Shown piece after piece: positions 17,308 through 27,913 of a stretch of 64,000 nucleotides of DNA (position 1 is its first letter; each line of letters begins with the position of its first letter). A model generated the notes under the pieces. It worked only from the letters and a program-made list of their open reading frames with translations. It did no database searches and was not told the DNA's origin. Origin of the DNA: a virus (Duplodnaviria > Caudoviricetes); the IMG/VR virus record IMGVR_UViG_3300028284_000005, positions 1,752 through 65,751 of that record. The stretch is one strand, 5' to 3'. The position numbers and the translations under genes were made by a program.

Positions 17308-17742
17308 ATGCCAAAGACACCAATAGAATATACATATATGCAAGTTGCTTATCAATTTGCTAAATTAAGCTATGCTGAAAGAAGGCAAGTTGGATGTATT
17401 CTCGTTAAGAATGAACAAGTAATAAGTTTTGGCTATAATGGAACGCCAAGAGGATTTGATAACACTTGTGAATTAGATAACACTACTAAACCTGAAGTGT
17501 TACATGCAGAATCTAATGCTATTACTAAAGTTGCCCAATCTACGATGGGAAGCGGCGGGGCGGAACTCTACACTACAACAGCCCCCTGTTTTAGTTGTTC
17601 AAAAATAATTATTCAATCTGGTATATCAAGAGTATATTATTCAGAAACATATAGGGATATGTCAGGTATAGAACTATTAGAACAAGCCAATATAGAAGTA
17701 ATAAGAATAGAACCAATACACATGAATGGATCAAGTAAATAA
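17308..17742 (+). CDS. dCMP deaminase
   Basis: GYNGTP, HAESNAI and PCFSC zinc motifs. Confidence 0.92.
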   Translation: MPKTPIEYTYMQVAYQFAKLSYAERRQVGCILVKNEQVISFGYNGTPRGFDNTCELDNTTKPEVLHAESNAITKVAQSTMGSGGAELYTTTAPCFSCSKIIIQSGISRVYYSETYRDMSGIELLEQANIEVIRIEPIHMNGSSK

Positions 17743-19546
17743 GATAATAGAACAAGCACTACAGGAAAAAACTTTTGGTAAAGACTTTAAGTTTAGACAA
17801 TATCAACGTGAAACAATCACAGCAATCGTTAATCAATATATAGAAGACCCTGAGTCTACAATAGTTATAGATGCTCCAACAGGTACTGGTAAATCAATTA
17901 TTGCAATGTGGTCCTCATACATCCTCAAAGAACTTGGCAATCAAGGCTACATAGTAACATCGGATAAAACACTACAAGAACAATACGAATATGACTTCTC
18001 ACAGTATAATACAGGATGGCCCTCAATTCAAGGCATTGACAACTACAACTGTGAAGTGAATGGCCTGCCGTTTAGCCTAGGTGAATGTAAGATGAGAGGC
18101 TACTCTTATGGCCAAGCCGAAAGACTACAATGTGCCAGAATGTGCGACTATTTAAACACTCGTAAAAAGGCGATCGATGCACCAGTTACCCTTGTAAATT
18201 ATAGTTTCTGGTTAATACAACAAAATTATGTTAATTATAGAATGGCTGTAAGACAAATGGAGAAAGAAGGACATAATACCCTTATTAATGATGTGTCCTC
18301 GGAACGATATGATGAAATACTAGAGTCATATGATAATTTTTTTCCTTTTAAAAAACGGGACTTTGTTTTCTTTGATGAAGCACATAAGATAGATGAAATT
18401 GTTCAACAACATTTTTCTCCTTCTTTGAAAAAATTTTCCCTTTTTAAAACAGGCGCTTTGATTGACTTCATGATGGCTGAAGGAGTTAGAGTCCCAGCAG
18501 TTTCTAAAAGTTTTATAGGAGATCTAATGGATGAAATTCTAATAGAAGAAAATAAGGAAAAACTTCTCATTAAACTAGCGAAAGTAAAAGGATTTTTATG
18601 GAGCATTTTAAAAGGTAGAGCAGAATTAAATCAGCGAGCAAAACAAAAGTTTGGAATTGATGTAAATTCAAGTCTTCCAAAGAAATGGCAATGGGCATTT
18701 TCACAGCTTGACGGACTTAAAGATACTCATTGTAAAATTGAAGACTATTTAGAAATTATAGAAACTACAGGCATTGAGTCTATGGTTTTTAATCAAAACC
18801 TACATGATGGTGAAATTAAATTAATGTGTTTGAGTGAGGCACATCTAATTAAAAAGCATTTACACAAAAGAGCAGGCTTTAAAGTATTTATGTCAGCAAC
18901 TATCGGAGAACCTAAAACTTATATGAAAGTAATGGGAATAGACAATGCTAAATTTATCAGACTATCTAATGGATTTACATATGAAAAATCTCCAATTGTA
19001 TTTGTTGATAGATGGAAGATGTCAATGCAACATAAACATAAAAGTTTACCTGAAGCTATTAAGATGTTAGATCAAATTTTAGAGAAACATAAAGGGCACA
19101 GAGGACTTATTCACACGGGAAGTTATGAATTTAGTCAATATATTAAAGGACACACCTCAAACATTAGAAGGATTATTGAGTATAATAAGAGTAGTGAAAA
19201 GAAAGAAGCATTGGTTAAATTTAAGAATACAATGAATGGAGTTATTATGGGTCCATCAATTCTTGAAGGTTTAGATTTTAAAGATGACACTTGTAGGTTT
19301 CAAATATTTTTTAAAGTACCCTATCCTTCATTAGGAGATCCATTAACAAGTGCTAAAATAAAGAAATCACCAGGTTGGTATGATTGGAAAACTGGAATAA
19401 CAATCCAACAAGGCGCAGGTAGAAGTATTAGAAACAAAGAAGATTGGGCAGTTACATATATATTAGATGCCTGCTTTGGAAATCTGATAAATAAACTAGA
19501 ATACTTTCCAGATAATTTTAAACAAAGAATTAAGACAATAAAATGA
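17726..19546 (+). CDS. DinG/XPD-family SF2 helicase
   Basis: APTGTGKS, four Cys of an Fe-S region, DEAH, MSAT, EGLDF, KVPYP and QGAGRSIR motifs. Confidence 0.88.
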   Translation: MDQVNKIIEQALQEKTFGKDFKFRQYQRETITAIVNQYIEDPESTIVIDAPTGTGKSIIAMWSSYILKELGNQGYIVTSDKTLQEQYEYDFSQYNTGWPSIQGIDNYNCEVNGLPFSLGECKMRGYSYGQAERLQCARMCDYLNTRKKAIDAPVTLVNYSFWLIQQNYVNYRMAVRQMEKEGHNTLINDVSSERYDEILESYDNFFPFKKRDFVFFDEAHKIDEIVQQHFSPSLKKFSLFKTGALIDFMMAEGVRVPAVSKSFIGDLMDEILIEENKEKLLIKLAKVKGFLWSILKGRAELNQRAKQKFGIDVNSSLPKKWQWAFSQLDGLKDTHCKIEDYLEIIETTGIESMVFNQNLHDGEIKLMCLSEAHLIKKHLHKRAGFKVFMSATIGEPKTYMKVMGIDNAKFIRLSNGFTYEKSPIVFVDRWKMSMQHKHKSLPEAIKMLDQILEKHKGHRGLIHTGSYEFSQYIKGHTSNIRRIIEYNKSSEKKEALVKFKNTMNGVIMGPSILEGLDFKDDTCRFQIFFKVPYPSLGDPLTSAKIKKSPGWYDWKTGITIQQGAGRSIRNKEDWAVTYILDACFGNLINKLEYFPDNFKQRIKTIK

Positions 19547-19731
19547 CGTATATAAGAACAATCCTACCAGAACCAGATGTATTAAGAAAAATGATAGCAG
19601 AACAAGGAGAAGTTACTATTTTTAAAAGATATAAAAAATATGACACTCTACAGGGTTCAGCGGAAAGTACTAAAATCATTAATGAAATACTATACAAACA
19701 TTATAATAAAAAGAAACCTATAAAACAGTAG
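19543..19731 (+). CDS. Hypothetical protein
   Basis: ATGA-coupled ORF. Confidence 0.55.
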   Translation: MTYIRTILPEPDVLRKMIAEQGEVTIFKRYKKYDTLQGSAESTKIINEILYKHYNKKKPIKQ

Positions 19732-19773
19732 GTAGGTTGCTATTAAACTTAAACTTCTATGTCACTTTTTCGT

Positions 19774-19800
19774 AAACTTTTTAGGAAAGGTAAATATAAT
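19774..19800 (+). promoter_or_regulatory. Putative middle promoter AAAC-N17-TATAAT
   Basis: AAAC 19774, TATAAT 19795. Implies the next gene starts at 19816. Confidence 0.6.
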
Positions 19801-19815
19801 ATTAAAAATAAAATT

Positions 19816-20373
19816 ATGTCAGAAGAAAAGACTGCCAATATTTATGTATGGCAAAAATCTGAAAGAATAGGTAAAATAGTAGTTGAAAAAGAAACTAAAG
19901 ACGGTTGGTTATACTTTACAGATGGAAGTAGAATTAACCCTAAATTAGCGGGTGAATATCTAAGTCAAGCAGTATCAATGGAAGATGCTGAAGGTATTGC
20001 AAAAATATTAAGCCCAGTTGCTGGAGTTTCTCAAGCGGGTACAGAAAAAGGACCAGGTGTTATGATGCATGAAACTGAACCTAAAAAACCAACTGAAATA
20101 ATTACAGAGACTAAAGGCTTGGATACTAATGTTGAAAATGATATTGTAGTTGGTATTTTAGAAAAGCTCAGTAAAAAAAATAAAACTAATTTTGATATTA
20201 GCATAGGTGTTAATATACCAGGAAAGACTATTTTTAAAGCTTTACAAATGGATATGGAAGAAGAAGAATTAAAAGAAGGTCTAGTGAAGCTTGTAAAAAA
20301 ACAGATAAATAATTTAGAACAAAAATTAAACAAAGAAGTAGAAACTTTTATTCAAACACAATACTATGAATAG
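19816..20373 (+). CDS. Hypothetical protein (start revised from 19759)
   Basis: A promoter motif lies inside the first 19 codons of the track ORF. A-rich leader before ATG 19816 (MSEEKT). Confidence 0.6.
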   Translation: MSEEKTANIYVWQKSERIGKIVVEKETKDGWLYFTDGSRINPKLAGEYLSQAVSMEDAEGIAKILSPVAGVSQAGTEKGPGVMMHETEPKKPTEIITETKGLDTNVENDIVVGILEKLSKKNKTNFDISIGVNIPGKTIFKALQMDMEEEELKEGLVKLVKKQINNLEQKLNKEVETFIQTQYYE

Positions 20374-20734
20374 ACAAGAAAGAAGAAGAGCATACAAATC
20401 TATGGGAATTCTTAAAAACAAGAGTTCAAGATCTTATTTAGACCCTGTAAGAATCGCAATTTCTAAACAACTTAGCGGAGAAGGAAAGGCAAAACACAGG
20501 TCAATGATTGAAGAAATTGAAAGAAAACATTCAGAAAATTTAGAACACAAATATGCTGAATATAAAAAACAACTATGGGCAGATGGATGGAGAGGAAAGG
20601 AAATAACACTTTTACTTGAAGTATGGTCTATTAAAGCGGTAAAAGATAAAAAAAATTATCAAGAGGATAAAAGGAAATGTAAAAACCTTAATAAGAAGGC
20701 TAAAAATATTAGAGTAAAGCGTCTTAAAAAATAA
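20366..20734 (+). CDS. Basic hypothetical protein
   Basis: MNRQERRR start, coupled ORF. Confidence 0.6.
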   Translation: MNRQERRRAYKSMGILKNKSSRSYLDPVRIAISKQLSGEGKAKHRSMIEEIERKHSENLEHKYAEYKKQLWADGWRGKEITLLLEVWSIKAVKDKKNYQEDKRKCKNLNKKAKNIRVKRLKK

Positions 20735-20736
20735 AA

Positions 20737-21075
20737 ATGGTTACAGTACTTATTGACATAGCTGATAATGGCGTAGTTAAAATACTTCAAGATGATAATT
20801 ATAATGGAGGAGGTGAATTATACTCTAATAAAGTTGTATATGTATTTGATGAAGATCCTGATTATGAAAATAGAATTAATTTCTTAAAAGATCTTTGTTT
20901 AGACATTGGTTTATCTTGTGGAAATATAGAAGATAATAAAAGGCTTAATATTAACCTCTATAAAAAACCAAAGGAAATGTCGCTTATGACAAAGAAGGAG
21001 TTAGAAACTCAGATAATGGCAGCAGCTAGACTTGTGGAGAAGTATAAAAAAGAACTTAAAAAATATGAATCTTAA
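20737..21075 (+). CDS. Hypothetical protein
   Basis: Operon packing. Confidence 0.6.
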   Translation: MVTVLIDIADNGVVKILQDDNYNGGGELYSNKVVYVFDEDPDYENRINFLKDLCLDIGLSCGNIEDNKRLNINLYKKPKEMSLMTKKELETQIMAAARLVEKYKKELKKYES

Positions 21076-21514
21076 GGTAGAATGTATATGGTGTAAAACT
21101 AAAACTGATTTTAATAGATTTGCAAGAGAAACTAAAAAATCAGAAGAATATGACAAGTTTAAAAATCAAATAATTTCTTATAATGAAATTGGTGATAGAC
21201 TTTCTAAGAGTGATCCTTATGGAAATACTCCATCTGAAACTTTAGTTGCTTTACATATACAAAAATTAATACGGAATCTTGTTAATAAAAACAGGAGAGT
21301 AGAAGAAGAGGTTGAAGAAGATCAAACTGCAAAAGTTACATATCTTCTTAAAAACTTAAATCAAGAAAATGTACTAAATTTTAAAAACTTTATTAATGAA
21401 ATAGCAGACGGTGTAGAGTTTGAATTAGTAGTTATTAATAGAGAAGATAAATTAGATCCTAAAGTATTGAGTAAATTCGATAGCGTTAGAATTGTAGATA
21501 ATGATAAGACATAA
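21065..21514 (+). CDS. Hypothetical protein (start revised to ATG 21065)
   Basis: ATG 21065 gives a short overlap with the upstream gene, unlike the 21032 start. Confidence 0.55.
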   Translation: MNLKVECIWCKTKTDFNRFARETKKSEEYDKFKNQIISYNEIGDRLSKSDPYGNTPSETLVALHIQKLIRNLVNKNRRVEEEVEEDQTAKVTYLLKNLNQENVLNFKNFINEIADGVEFELVVINREDKLDPKVLSKFDSVRIVDNDKT

Positions 21515-22094
21515 GATATTTTCAAAAGGTGAAAGAATCCATGCTCTAATACATTCAACAACAAATCCAAATATTTTATTTCCAGTTAGAGGCACGATTT
21601 ATGATACTAAATTTGATGAGTACAATCCTCAATATCAAATTAAAGTAGATAAAATGTATGATGATATTGCATTCTTAAAGCGATATTTATTTAAAGGCCG
21701 AACTATCCGAAACTTTGATGGTAAAGATAGCAGATGGAAATTTACAAGAACAAGTTATAAAACAACAGATGAGTTTGTACAAAAAGTTTTTAATGGTGAT
21801 AATTGGGAAGGCTACTTAATTGTAGTTGATAGTGTTTATTGCTGTAGAACAAGAAAAGAACAAATTGACTTCTTTAATAAGATACAAACATTTATGATAC
21901 AAAAGAATCTGAGAGAGCTATTCGAGATGACTAGAAGGAAAGAATACAGATATGGCAGATTTTATTATCATACTAAAGATATGTTCAAGAGAGCACTTAA
22001 AAAGTTCTTTGGTGAACGATCACCTCAATCAGATAAATGGTGGAATGATTTTCTTGCATCCACTGACATTAGAGATTTGGACAAACACGTCTAA
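21501..22094 (+). CDS. Hypothetical protein
   Basis: 197-aa ORF, operon packing. Confidence 0.6.
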   Translation: MIRHKIFSKGERIHALIHSTTNPNILFPVRGTIYDTKFDEYNPQYQIKVDKMYDDIAFLKRYLFKGRTIRNFDGKDSRWKFTRTSYKTTDEFVQKVFNGDNWEGYLIVVDSVYCCRTRKEQIDFFNKIQTFMIQKNLRELFEMTRRKEYRYGRFYYHTKDMFKRALKKFFGERSPQSDKWWNDFLASTDIRDLDKHV

Positions 22095-22132
22095 ACTTTA
22101 AGTGATATATAAATAAAAATACACAATACTAC

Positions 22133-23830
22133 ATGGGTTTAAAGGCAGCAATTAATGCTACTACGGAGGGTGCCAAATATGTTTATAAGAAAACTACAGG
22201 ATTTGGAGAATTCATTTATGATAATATAGAAGCAGGGATTGAAGAGACTAGGGATAAACCTATATCAGGTGCAAAGAACAATCCTAAAACCCCAGCTCCT
22301 CCTACTACAAATAGACCTGGTGTAATTGAAACTGAATTAACTCAACAGTCGGGTGGAGCATATACTAAAGAAGCTCAATCTGCTAAATATAAATTAGATA
22401 GAGGTAAAACTGCAACTGAAGGAAAAGCTCCTAGAAGTAGTGTTAATAACTGGAGTTTATTAAAATATAAAGGCGCTCCTCTTGATGGGGGATATGATTT
22501 TAAATCATATAAAGAATTAAAAAGAAATGCAACTATTGGAGCTGCTCTTAATCCAACTGCAAAAACTATTATAGAAGAATGTAGTAAAGTACAAAAGGCA
22601 GACGGATATCAATATAAAATGGCAGACTTTATTTTTTGTGAACATTATGGTAAAATACCAAATAATCATTTACTTACCTTAAGAAGATTTGCATTTCCAG
22701 TAGAAGATAATATTATTTCTCCAAAGGCTTTTGACGCAGATGGAAAAGCCTATGAGTCTACTCAGCCTGCACTTGCAACTGCAGTAACATGGATGAGTCC
22801 TACTATTGGTAATACATTAAATGAAATATTAAAATTTAGCGTAGGTTATAATTGGAAAGAGGCAAAGGCTGAATTACAAGAAATTAATAGTAAAAGTAGA
22901 GATAAAGGCATGTTAGGTAGTGCATTAGATAGTTTTCCAATGAGTCAAAATATTCAAGGTGGTTTAAAAGGGGAAAGCGCAAGTTCAACTTATAGGAGAA
23001 AACAACAAGGTGAAAACTGGGATCCTATTAAACAAACATATCCTAACCATTCTTTAGTACCATTAAATATAATAGACTCTGTACAAATTAGAGAAAAAGG
23101 CTTAAAATGGTCTCAAGAATTTAGTTTAACTTTTAAGTTTGATATGAAAGGTATTCCTAATACTAGTCCTAAAGTTGCAATGTTAGATGTATTAGCTAAT
23201 ATGCTAGTATTAACTTCTAATCAAGCTCCTTTTTGGGGAGGTGCAGTTAGATATACAGGAGGTGGTAAAAAAGGAAAGCCACTTGGAGATCTTAAAAAAT
23301 TACAATCAGGAGATTTAAAAGGATTTTTTGGTAGTATTGTAAAAGATTTAAGTAAAAGTATAACAGGCGGCATTAAAGATCTTTTAAAAGGTGGTGATAG
23401 TAGTATATTAAATAATGTTATTGGAGGTGGGGCTATGAAATTATTAGGTGGCCCACAAGGTGCTCAAATTGCATCTGCGCTTTTAACTGGTGAAGCAACT
23501 GGACAATGGCATTTAACAATTGGAAATCCACTTAACCCTATTGCGGTTATTGGTAATTTAGCAATGACAGATGCTGACTTTGAATTAATGGGTCCTCTAG
23601 GTTATGAAGACTTTCCTACTAAATTAAAGGTTACAATTAAACTTCAACCTGGCAGACCAAGAGGTAAGGATGATATTGAATCAATGTTTAATGCAGGTAA
23701 AGGTAGATTATATGTTGCAGAAGAAGGATTAATCGATGTAAATAAATCATATGACGTTGATGCTTATGGTAAACAAAATGGTAAGCCAAACATGCTTAAT
23801 AAAAAGATTGGAAAATTTGCTAACGGATAA
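22133..23830 (+). CDS. Putative baseplate/tail structural protein
   Basis: GATATATA at 22104. First gene of the baseplate cluster. Confidence 0.5.
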   Translation: MGLKAAINATTEGAKYVYKKTTGFGEFIYDNIEAGIEETRDKPISGAKNNPKTPAPPTTNRPGVIETELTQQSGGAYTKEAQSAKYKLDRGKTATEGKAPRSSVNNWSLLKYKGAPLDGGYDFKSYKELKRNATIGAALNPTAKTIIEECSKVQKADGYQYKMADFIFCEHYGKIPNNHLLTLRRFAFPVEDNIISPKAFDADGKAYESTQPALATAVTWMSPTIGNTLNEILKFSVGYNWKEAKAELQEINSKSRDKGMLGSALDSFPMSQNIQGGLKGESASSTYRRKQQGENWDPIKQTYPNHSLVPLNIIDSVQIREKGLKWSQEFSLTFKFDMKGIPNTSPKVAMLDVLANMLVLTSNQAPFWGGAVRYTGGGKKGKPLGDLKKLQSGDLKGFFGSIVKDLSKSITGGIKDLLKGGDSSILNNVIGGGAMKLLGGPQGAQIASALLTGEATGQWHLTIGNPLNPIAVIGNLAMTDADFELMGPLGYEDFPTKLKVTIKLQPGRPRGKDDIESMFNAGKGRLYVAEEGLIDVNKSYDVDAYGKQNGKPNMLNKKIGKFANG

Positions 23831-24858
23831 TGGAATTTAAAAGTTTAATAGATAAAATAGTTGAAGGAGGTAGGTTGCTGTTAACTCAACCGACAATGTT
23901 GTTTAGAAATAGAGAAGATATTGGCCTTATTACCACACATGAAGTAAAGAGAGATGAGGAGGGTAGAATAGATCTTATTGCTTCTGACTATTATGGAGAT
24001 ACTTCTAAAGTCGATTATATTTTAAAATTTAATGGAATATCAGATCCTTTTTCAATAGTAGAAGGAGACTTAATAAAAATACCAGTAGATGGTGTAAAGA
24101 CATTTAATTTAGAAAGGCCAGGTAAAACTACTTCTAATATAGTTAGACAAGAATTTATAGACTCAAAGAGACTTACTAAAAAGGATAAAAAGAGAATTGA
24201 CTTTTTGAAAAAGAAATATAAAATTAAAGAAGTTCTTCCTCCAAATGTTTTAAAAACAGGATTTGCTCCTTCAGAATTTAAAGAAGATGGATCAACTGTA
24301 ATGGGTATGGGTTCACAAACTCCTGAAACTACATTTAAGCCAGGTAAAACTGGTAAAACTTCTGAAGAATCATTTAAAGCTGCTTCTAAAAAAGCAAAAG
24401 ATGCTCAATTAGCAAGTAAGGCTGAAAAATTAAAATCAAACGTAGTACTAAAATCAATTTCAGGTAGAGATCCAAAGGAATTAACAGATAGAGAAATTGC
24501 CGTGTTAGCAAGACAAGGAATTAGTGTTGCTGATTTAATTGAATTACAAAAAGGAGGAGATGCTACTGGTATTGAAAGAACATTTGATGTAGACACCAAA
24601 TCTGATAAATCATATAAAACTGAAGTAGTCGGAGGTGGTAAAATGTCAACACAAAAGTCTGAGGTTTATGATAGAAATAAAAAGACTACAACTACTACTA
24701 AAACAATTGTTAGACCTGATGGCTCTTCAGAAACTACACAAACTGTTACTTTTTCAAAATCTAATGACGAAAGCAACTCCATCAATTTAGATCAATCTAC
24801 CCCTAACCCTTCTGGAAATTCATCTTTAAGATCTTCTGATGCTGGAGAGAGTAACTAA
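23830..24858 (+). CDS. Baseplate wedge protein, T4 gp53/LysM-like, with low-complexity tail
   Basis: RIDLIASDYYGD...ILKFNGISDPFSIVEGDLIKIP. Confidence 0.7.
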   Translation: MEFKSLIDKIVEGGRLLLTQPTMLFRNREDIGLITTHEVKRDEEGRIDLIASDYYGDTSKVDYILKFNGISDPFSIVEGDLIKIPVDGVKTFNLERPGKTTSNIVRQEFIDSKRLTKKDKKRIDFLKKKYKIKEVLPPNVLKTGFAPSEFKEDGSTVMGMGSQTPETTFKPGKTGKTSEESFKAASKKAKDAQLASKAEKLKSNVVLKSISGRDPKELTDREIAVLARQGISVADLIELQKGGDATGIERTFDVDTKSDKSYKTEVVGGGKMSTQKSEVYDRNKKTTTTTKTIVRPDGSSETTQTVTFSKSNDESNSINLDQSTPNPSGNSSLRSSDAGESN

Positions 24859-24880
24859 ATTAATTTAGATACATACTATA

Positions 24881-26398
24881 ATGGATTTAGACAATAATAT
24901 ATTACAGGTCGTTGAACCTAGTATTAGAGCCACTGAGGTTAAATTCGGAACAGCCGATGAAGATAAAGGTGCTGATAAAAGAACAAAATCAGTTGGTGTT
25001 AATCAGCCTTATGTTATAATAAACGGTTATGAATTTAAAGGTTCTGATATTTTATATTGTAAATTAAGCGTAAATGGTTTTTATCCTAAATTAACATTAT
25101 CCCTATCAGACTCTAGAATGGCATTTGACGTTGGTACATATCCTAGAGATGGAGACAATATTACATTATTAATTAATTCAAAAAATCAAGATACTTTTAA
25201 AAGTATTCATATGGATTTTGATATTACATCAGTTAGTTCTCCATCAACTCCTAGTGGATTTGCAGGAGATACTGCTAGAGATTATAATTTTCAAGGAGTT
25301 TGTAAAATACCCGGTTTATTTGCAGAAGATTGTAAATCTTATGGTGAAGGTACAAGTTTAGAACATATTGAAAAGGTGGCAACTGAATTAAAATTAGGTT
25401 TAGCAACTAATATTGACGTCACTGATGATTTACAAAATAGAATTCAGCCATATAGTACTAAATTTGATTTTATTAAAGATGTTGTAAATTATTCATATGT
25501 TGGTGAAGAGTGTTTTCAAACTTTCTACATAGATCAATATTATAATTTAAATTTTGTTGAGTTAAATAAAGTTTTTAATTCTAAAAGATTAAGCGGAGAT
25601 GATATGCAAAATAGTATTACGTCTTATGCTAATTCAATTGAAGTAGATAGAACTTCAGAAAATTCAGATAATATTGAAACTAAAGTAATGTTAACAAATC
25701 ATTTAGCAGCTGATAAAACTGGAAATAAAATATGGGCATATAATCTTAAAAATAATTCAAGTAGAATTTCATTATCAAATGGCTATAAAAGAATTTTACA
25801 AATGTGGGATAATTTAGAAGAAGCAAGTAGCCCTGAATATGGGGATAGTAGACTTATTGAATTTGACATTGAGGCGTTTAGTACAAAGAAGGAAAACCTA
25901 CTTGACATGGAAGAGCCTTTAAAGGGTAGAAAAGATGAAGATTTTTATGAGTCACAAACTAAACATAAATGGGTTGGTAGAATGCAAGACTATTCTTTAG
26001 ATGGCAATGTACATTTAAATCATAAATACTCAGTCTTAAATAATTACCAAAATATAAAGGAATTAGAAAAGATGGTATTAGTCGTAGACTTAGAAACATT
26101 TAATCCAGGCTTATATAGAAATCAAATGGTGCCAGTTATTATATACAATGTAGAAGATAATAAAGTGCAAATGTCAAGAGATAATGATGCATTGTTAAAA
26201 GAAAAAGGAGTTAAGCCTGAAAATAAGTCATTTGATTTTGAAGATGATGGTGAAAGTGATATGACATTAGACGATTTTACGTCTGGTCATTATGTGATTG
26301 GAGGAATAGAATATATATATGAAACAGGAAATCCTACAATTAGACAAAGATTAACTTTGTTAAGGAGAGAATGGCCTGTTAGAGCAAACTCTTTATAA
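24881..26398 (+). CDS. Putative baseplate hub (gp27/GpD-like)
   Basis: Lies between gp53-like and gp5-like genes. C-terminal SGHYVIGGIEY...QRLTLLRR is typical of hub proteins. Confidence 0.6.
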   Translation: MDLDNNILQVVEPSIRATEVKFGTADEDKGADKRTKSVGVNQPYVIINGYEFKGSDILYCKLSVNGFYPKLTLSLSDSRMAFDVGTYPRDGDNITLLINSKNQDTFKSIHMDFDITSVSSPSTPSGFAGDTARDYNFQGVCKIPGLFAEDCKSYGEGTSLEHIEKVATELKLGLATNIDVTDDLQNRIQPYSTKFDFIKDVVNYSYVGEECFQTFYIDQYYNLNFVELNKVFNSKRLSGDDMQNSITSYANSIEVDRTSENSDNIETKVMLTNHLAADKTGNKIWAYNLKNNSSRISLSNGYKRILQMWDNLEEASSPEYGDSRLIEFDIEAFSTKKENLLDMEEPLKGRKDEDFYESQTKHKWVGRMQDYSLDGNVHLNHKYSVLNNYQNIKELEKMVLVVDLETFNPGLYRNQMVPVIIYNVEDNKVQMSRDNDALLKEKGVKPENKSFDFEDDGESDMTLDDFTSGHYVIGGIEYIYETGNPTIRQRLTLLRREWPVRANSL

Positions 26399-26399
26399 T

Positions 26400-27752
26400 A
26401 TGAAAAATAGCAACGGATACTCTTCAACTGAATTTAAAAAAGGTACATATAGGCAATACCCATACAGTGACCCTACCTATCTTAGTTTTCTTTTATTATT
26501 TTCATGGGATGATAAAAAGTCACCACTATTTAATGGAGAAGCGGTTGCATTTTTAAGAGATGTATATAAAGATGAGATTAGAGCTCAAAAATTAGAAAAG
26601 TTTACAAAGTACTTTAAGAAGATTAATACAGAAATGCCATGGATGTGGCAAAGTCTTGCAGGTTTAGAATCTGCATTTGCATATAATAACTTAGAAGACC
26701 CATATTGGGGAGGAGATGATAGTGCATTTGAAATAGGATGTTTAGAAACTATTGATTTATCTATAGGTGGAATTATGAGTTTATATAGAGATGTTGCATA
26801 TGATTTTAATAGATGGGTTGAAGTTTTACCACATAACTTAAGAGAATTTACAATGTATGTAACGGTTAGCGAAATTAGAAATATTAGGCGAACTGTTCCT
26901 GATAGTAGTAAAAAACCATGGAGTGATGCTAAGAGTGAGGAGAGAGAATACATTCCTGTAAATCAAGATATAACGGCTGATTCTAAACCACATTTTATGT
27001 TTAAATTTACAAGCTGTTATTTTGATCTAAGTAGTGGAACTGGTATATTTGGAGAATATAGTAATACTGAATATGCTGAGGCTAAAAATAAAATTAAAAT
27101 TAAGTGGAAATCTGTTAAAGAATATAATAGTCATTTTTTAAATGGATTTGACAATAATGCAAGTAATAATAATAATTTAGGAGGTATTAATGTTGGTGAA
27201 CTAGGAAGTGGAACATCTAGATTAGATAAAGTTAAAGCATTTGGTGAAAACCTAAAAGATGCATTTCAACAAACAAAGGATGGCACTTTAAAGGATAATA
27301 TTAAAGAAAATGTTTCAGCTAAATTAGATGGAATAAAGCCAAGTGTAGATGGCATTAAATCATTTGCTAGCCAAGCTGCTGGGAATTTTCTAGAAGATGC
27401 ATTAGCAGATGCAGAGGCATCTGCACAAGGAAAATTACAAGATACATTAGCAGATGCTATTTTAGGAAATGTATATGGAGTAAATACTCTATCAAATGTA
27501 CAAGATGCTTTAAATGCAGGTAGCTTGAATGGAGTTAGAAATTTAATTAATAAAGAAACATTATCAAATGATAGTGGAGAAGAAGCTCCATTAGCTCCAA
27601 GTAATTTATATCCTGAAAGTTCACCTGAAAAGGCATTATCTTCAGATAGCGTATATCCTGAAGGTTCTACTGAAACCCCATTATCTTCAGAAAATGTTTT
27701 TCCAAATATTGATCCTGAAAAAGACGCTAACTTAGGTAATATTAATAATTAA
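26400..27752 (+). CDS. Putative tail tube initiator/tube-fold structural protein
   Basis: Baseplate context. Tube-like beta pattern. Three ~15-aa C-terminal repeats (LxxxNxYPExxxE). Confidence 0.45.
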   Translation: MKNSNGYSSTEFKKGTYRQYPYSDPTYLSFLLLFSWDDKKSPLFNGEAVAFLRDVYKDEIRAQKLEKFTKYFKKINTEMPWMWQSLAGLESAFAYNNLEDPYWGGDDSAFEIGCLETIDLSIGGIMSLYRDVAYDFNRWVEVLPHNLREFTMYVTVSEIRNIRRTVPDSSKKPWSDAKSEEREYIPVNQDITADSKPHFMFKFTSCYFDLSSGTGIFGEYSNTEYAEAKNKIKIKWKSVKEYNSHFLNGFDNNASNNNNLGGINVGELGSGTSRLDKVKAFGENLKDAFQQTKDGTLKDNIKENVSAKLDGIKPSVDGIKSFASQAAGNFLEDALADAEASAQGKLQDTLADAILGNVYGVNTLSNVQDALNAGSLNGVRNLINKETLSNDSGEEAPLAPSNLYPESSPEKALSSDSVYPEGSTETPLSSENVFPNIDPEKDANLGNINN

Positions 27753-27898
27753 TGGACGCAGAAACTAGACTTAAAATAATAAACTTTGCTAGAAGAATTG
27801 TATGTGGTGAAGTAATGACATCTCCGGAAGATTTACAATTTTATTTAAATTATAGGGTAGAAATAGAAGAAGTACTCAAAACATGGTCAGAAGATTAA
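27752..27898 (+). CDS. Hypothetical protein (48 aa; not in ORF track)
   Basis: TAATG-coupled. MDAETRLKIINFARRIVCGEVMTSPEDLQFYLNYRVEIEEVLKTWSED*. Confidence 0.6.
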   Translation: MDAETRLKIINFARRIVCGEVMTSPEDLQFYLNYRVEIEEVLKTWSED

Positions 27899-27913
27899 AG
27901 TAATATATAATAT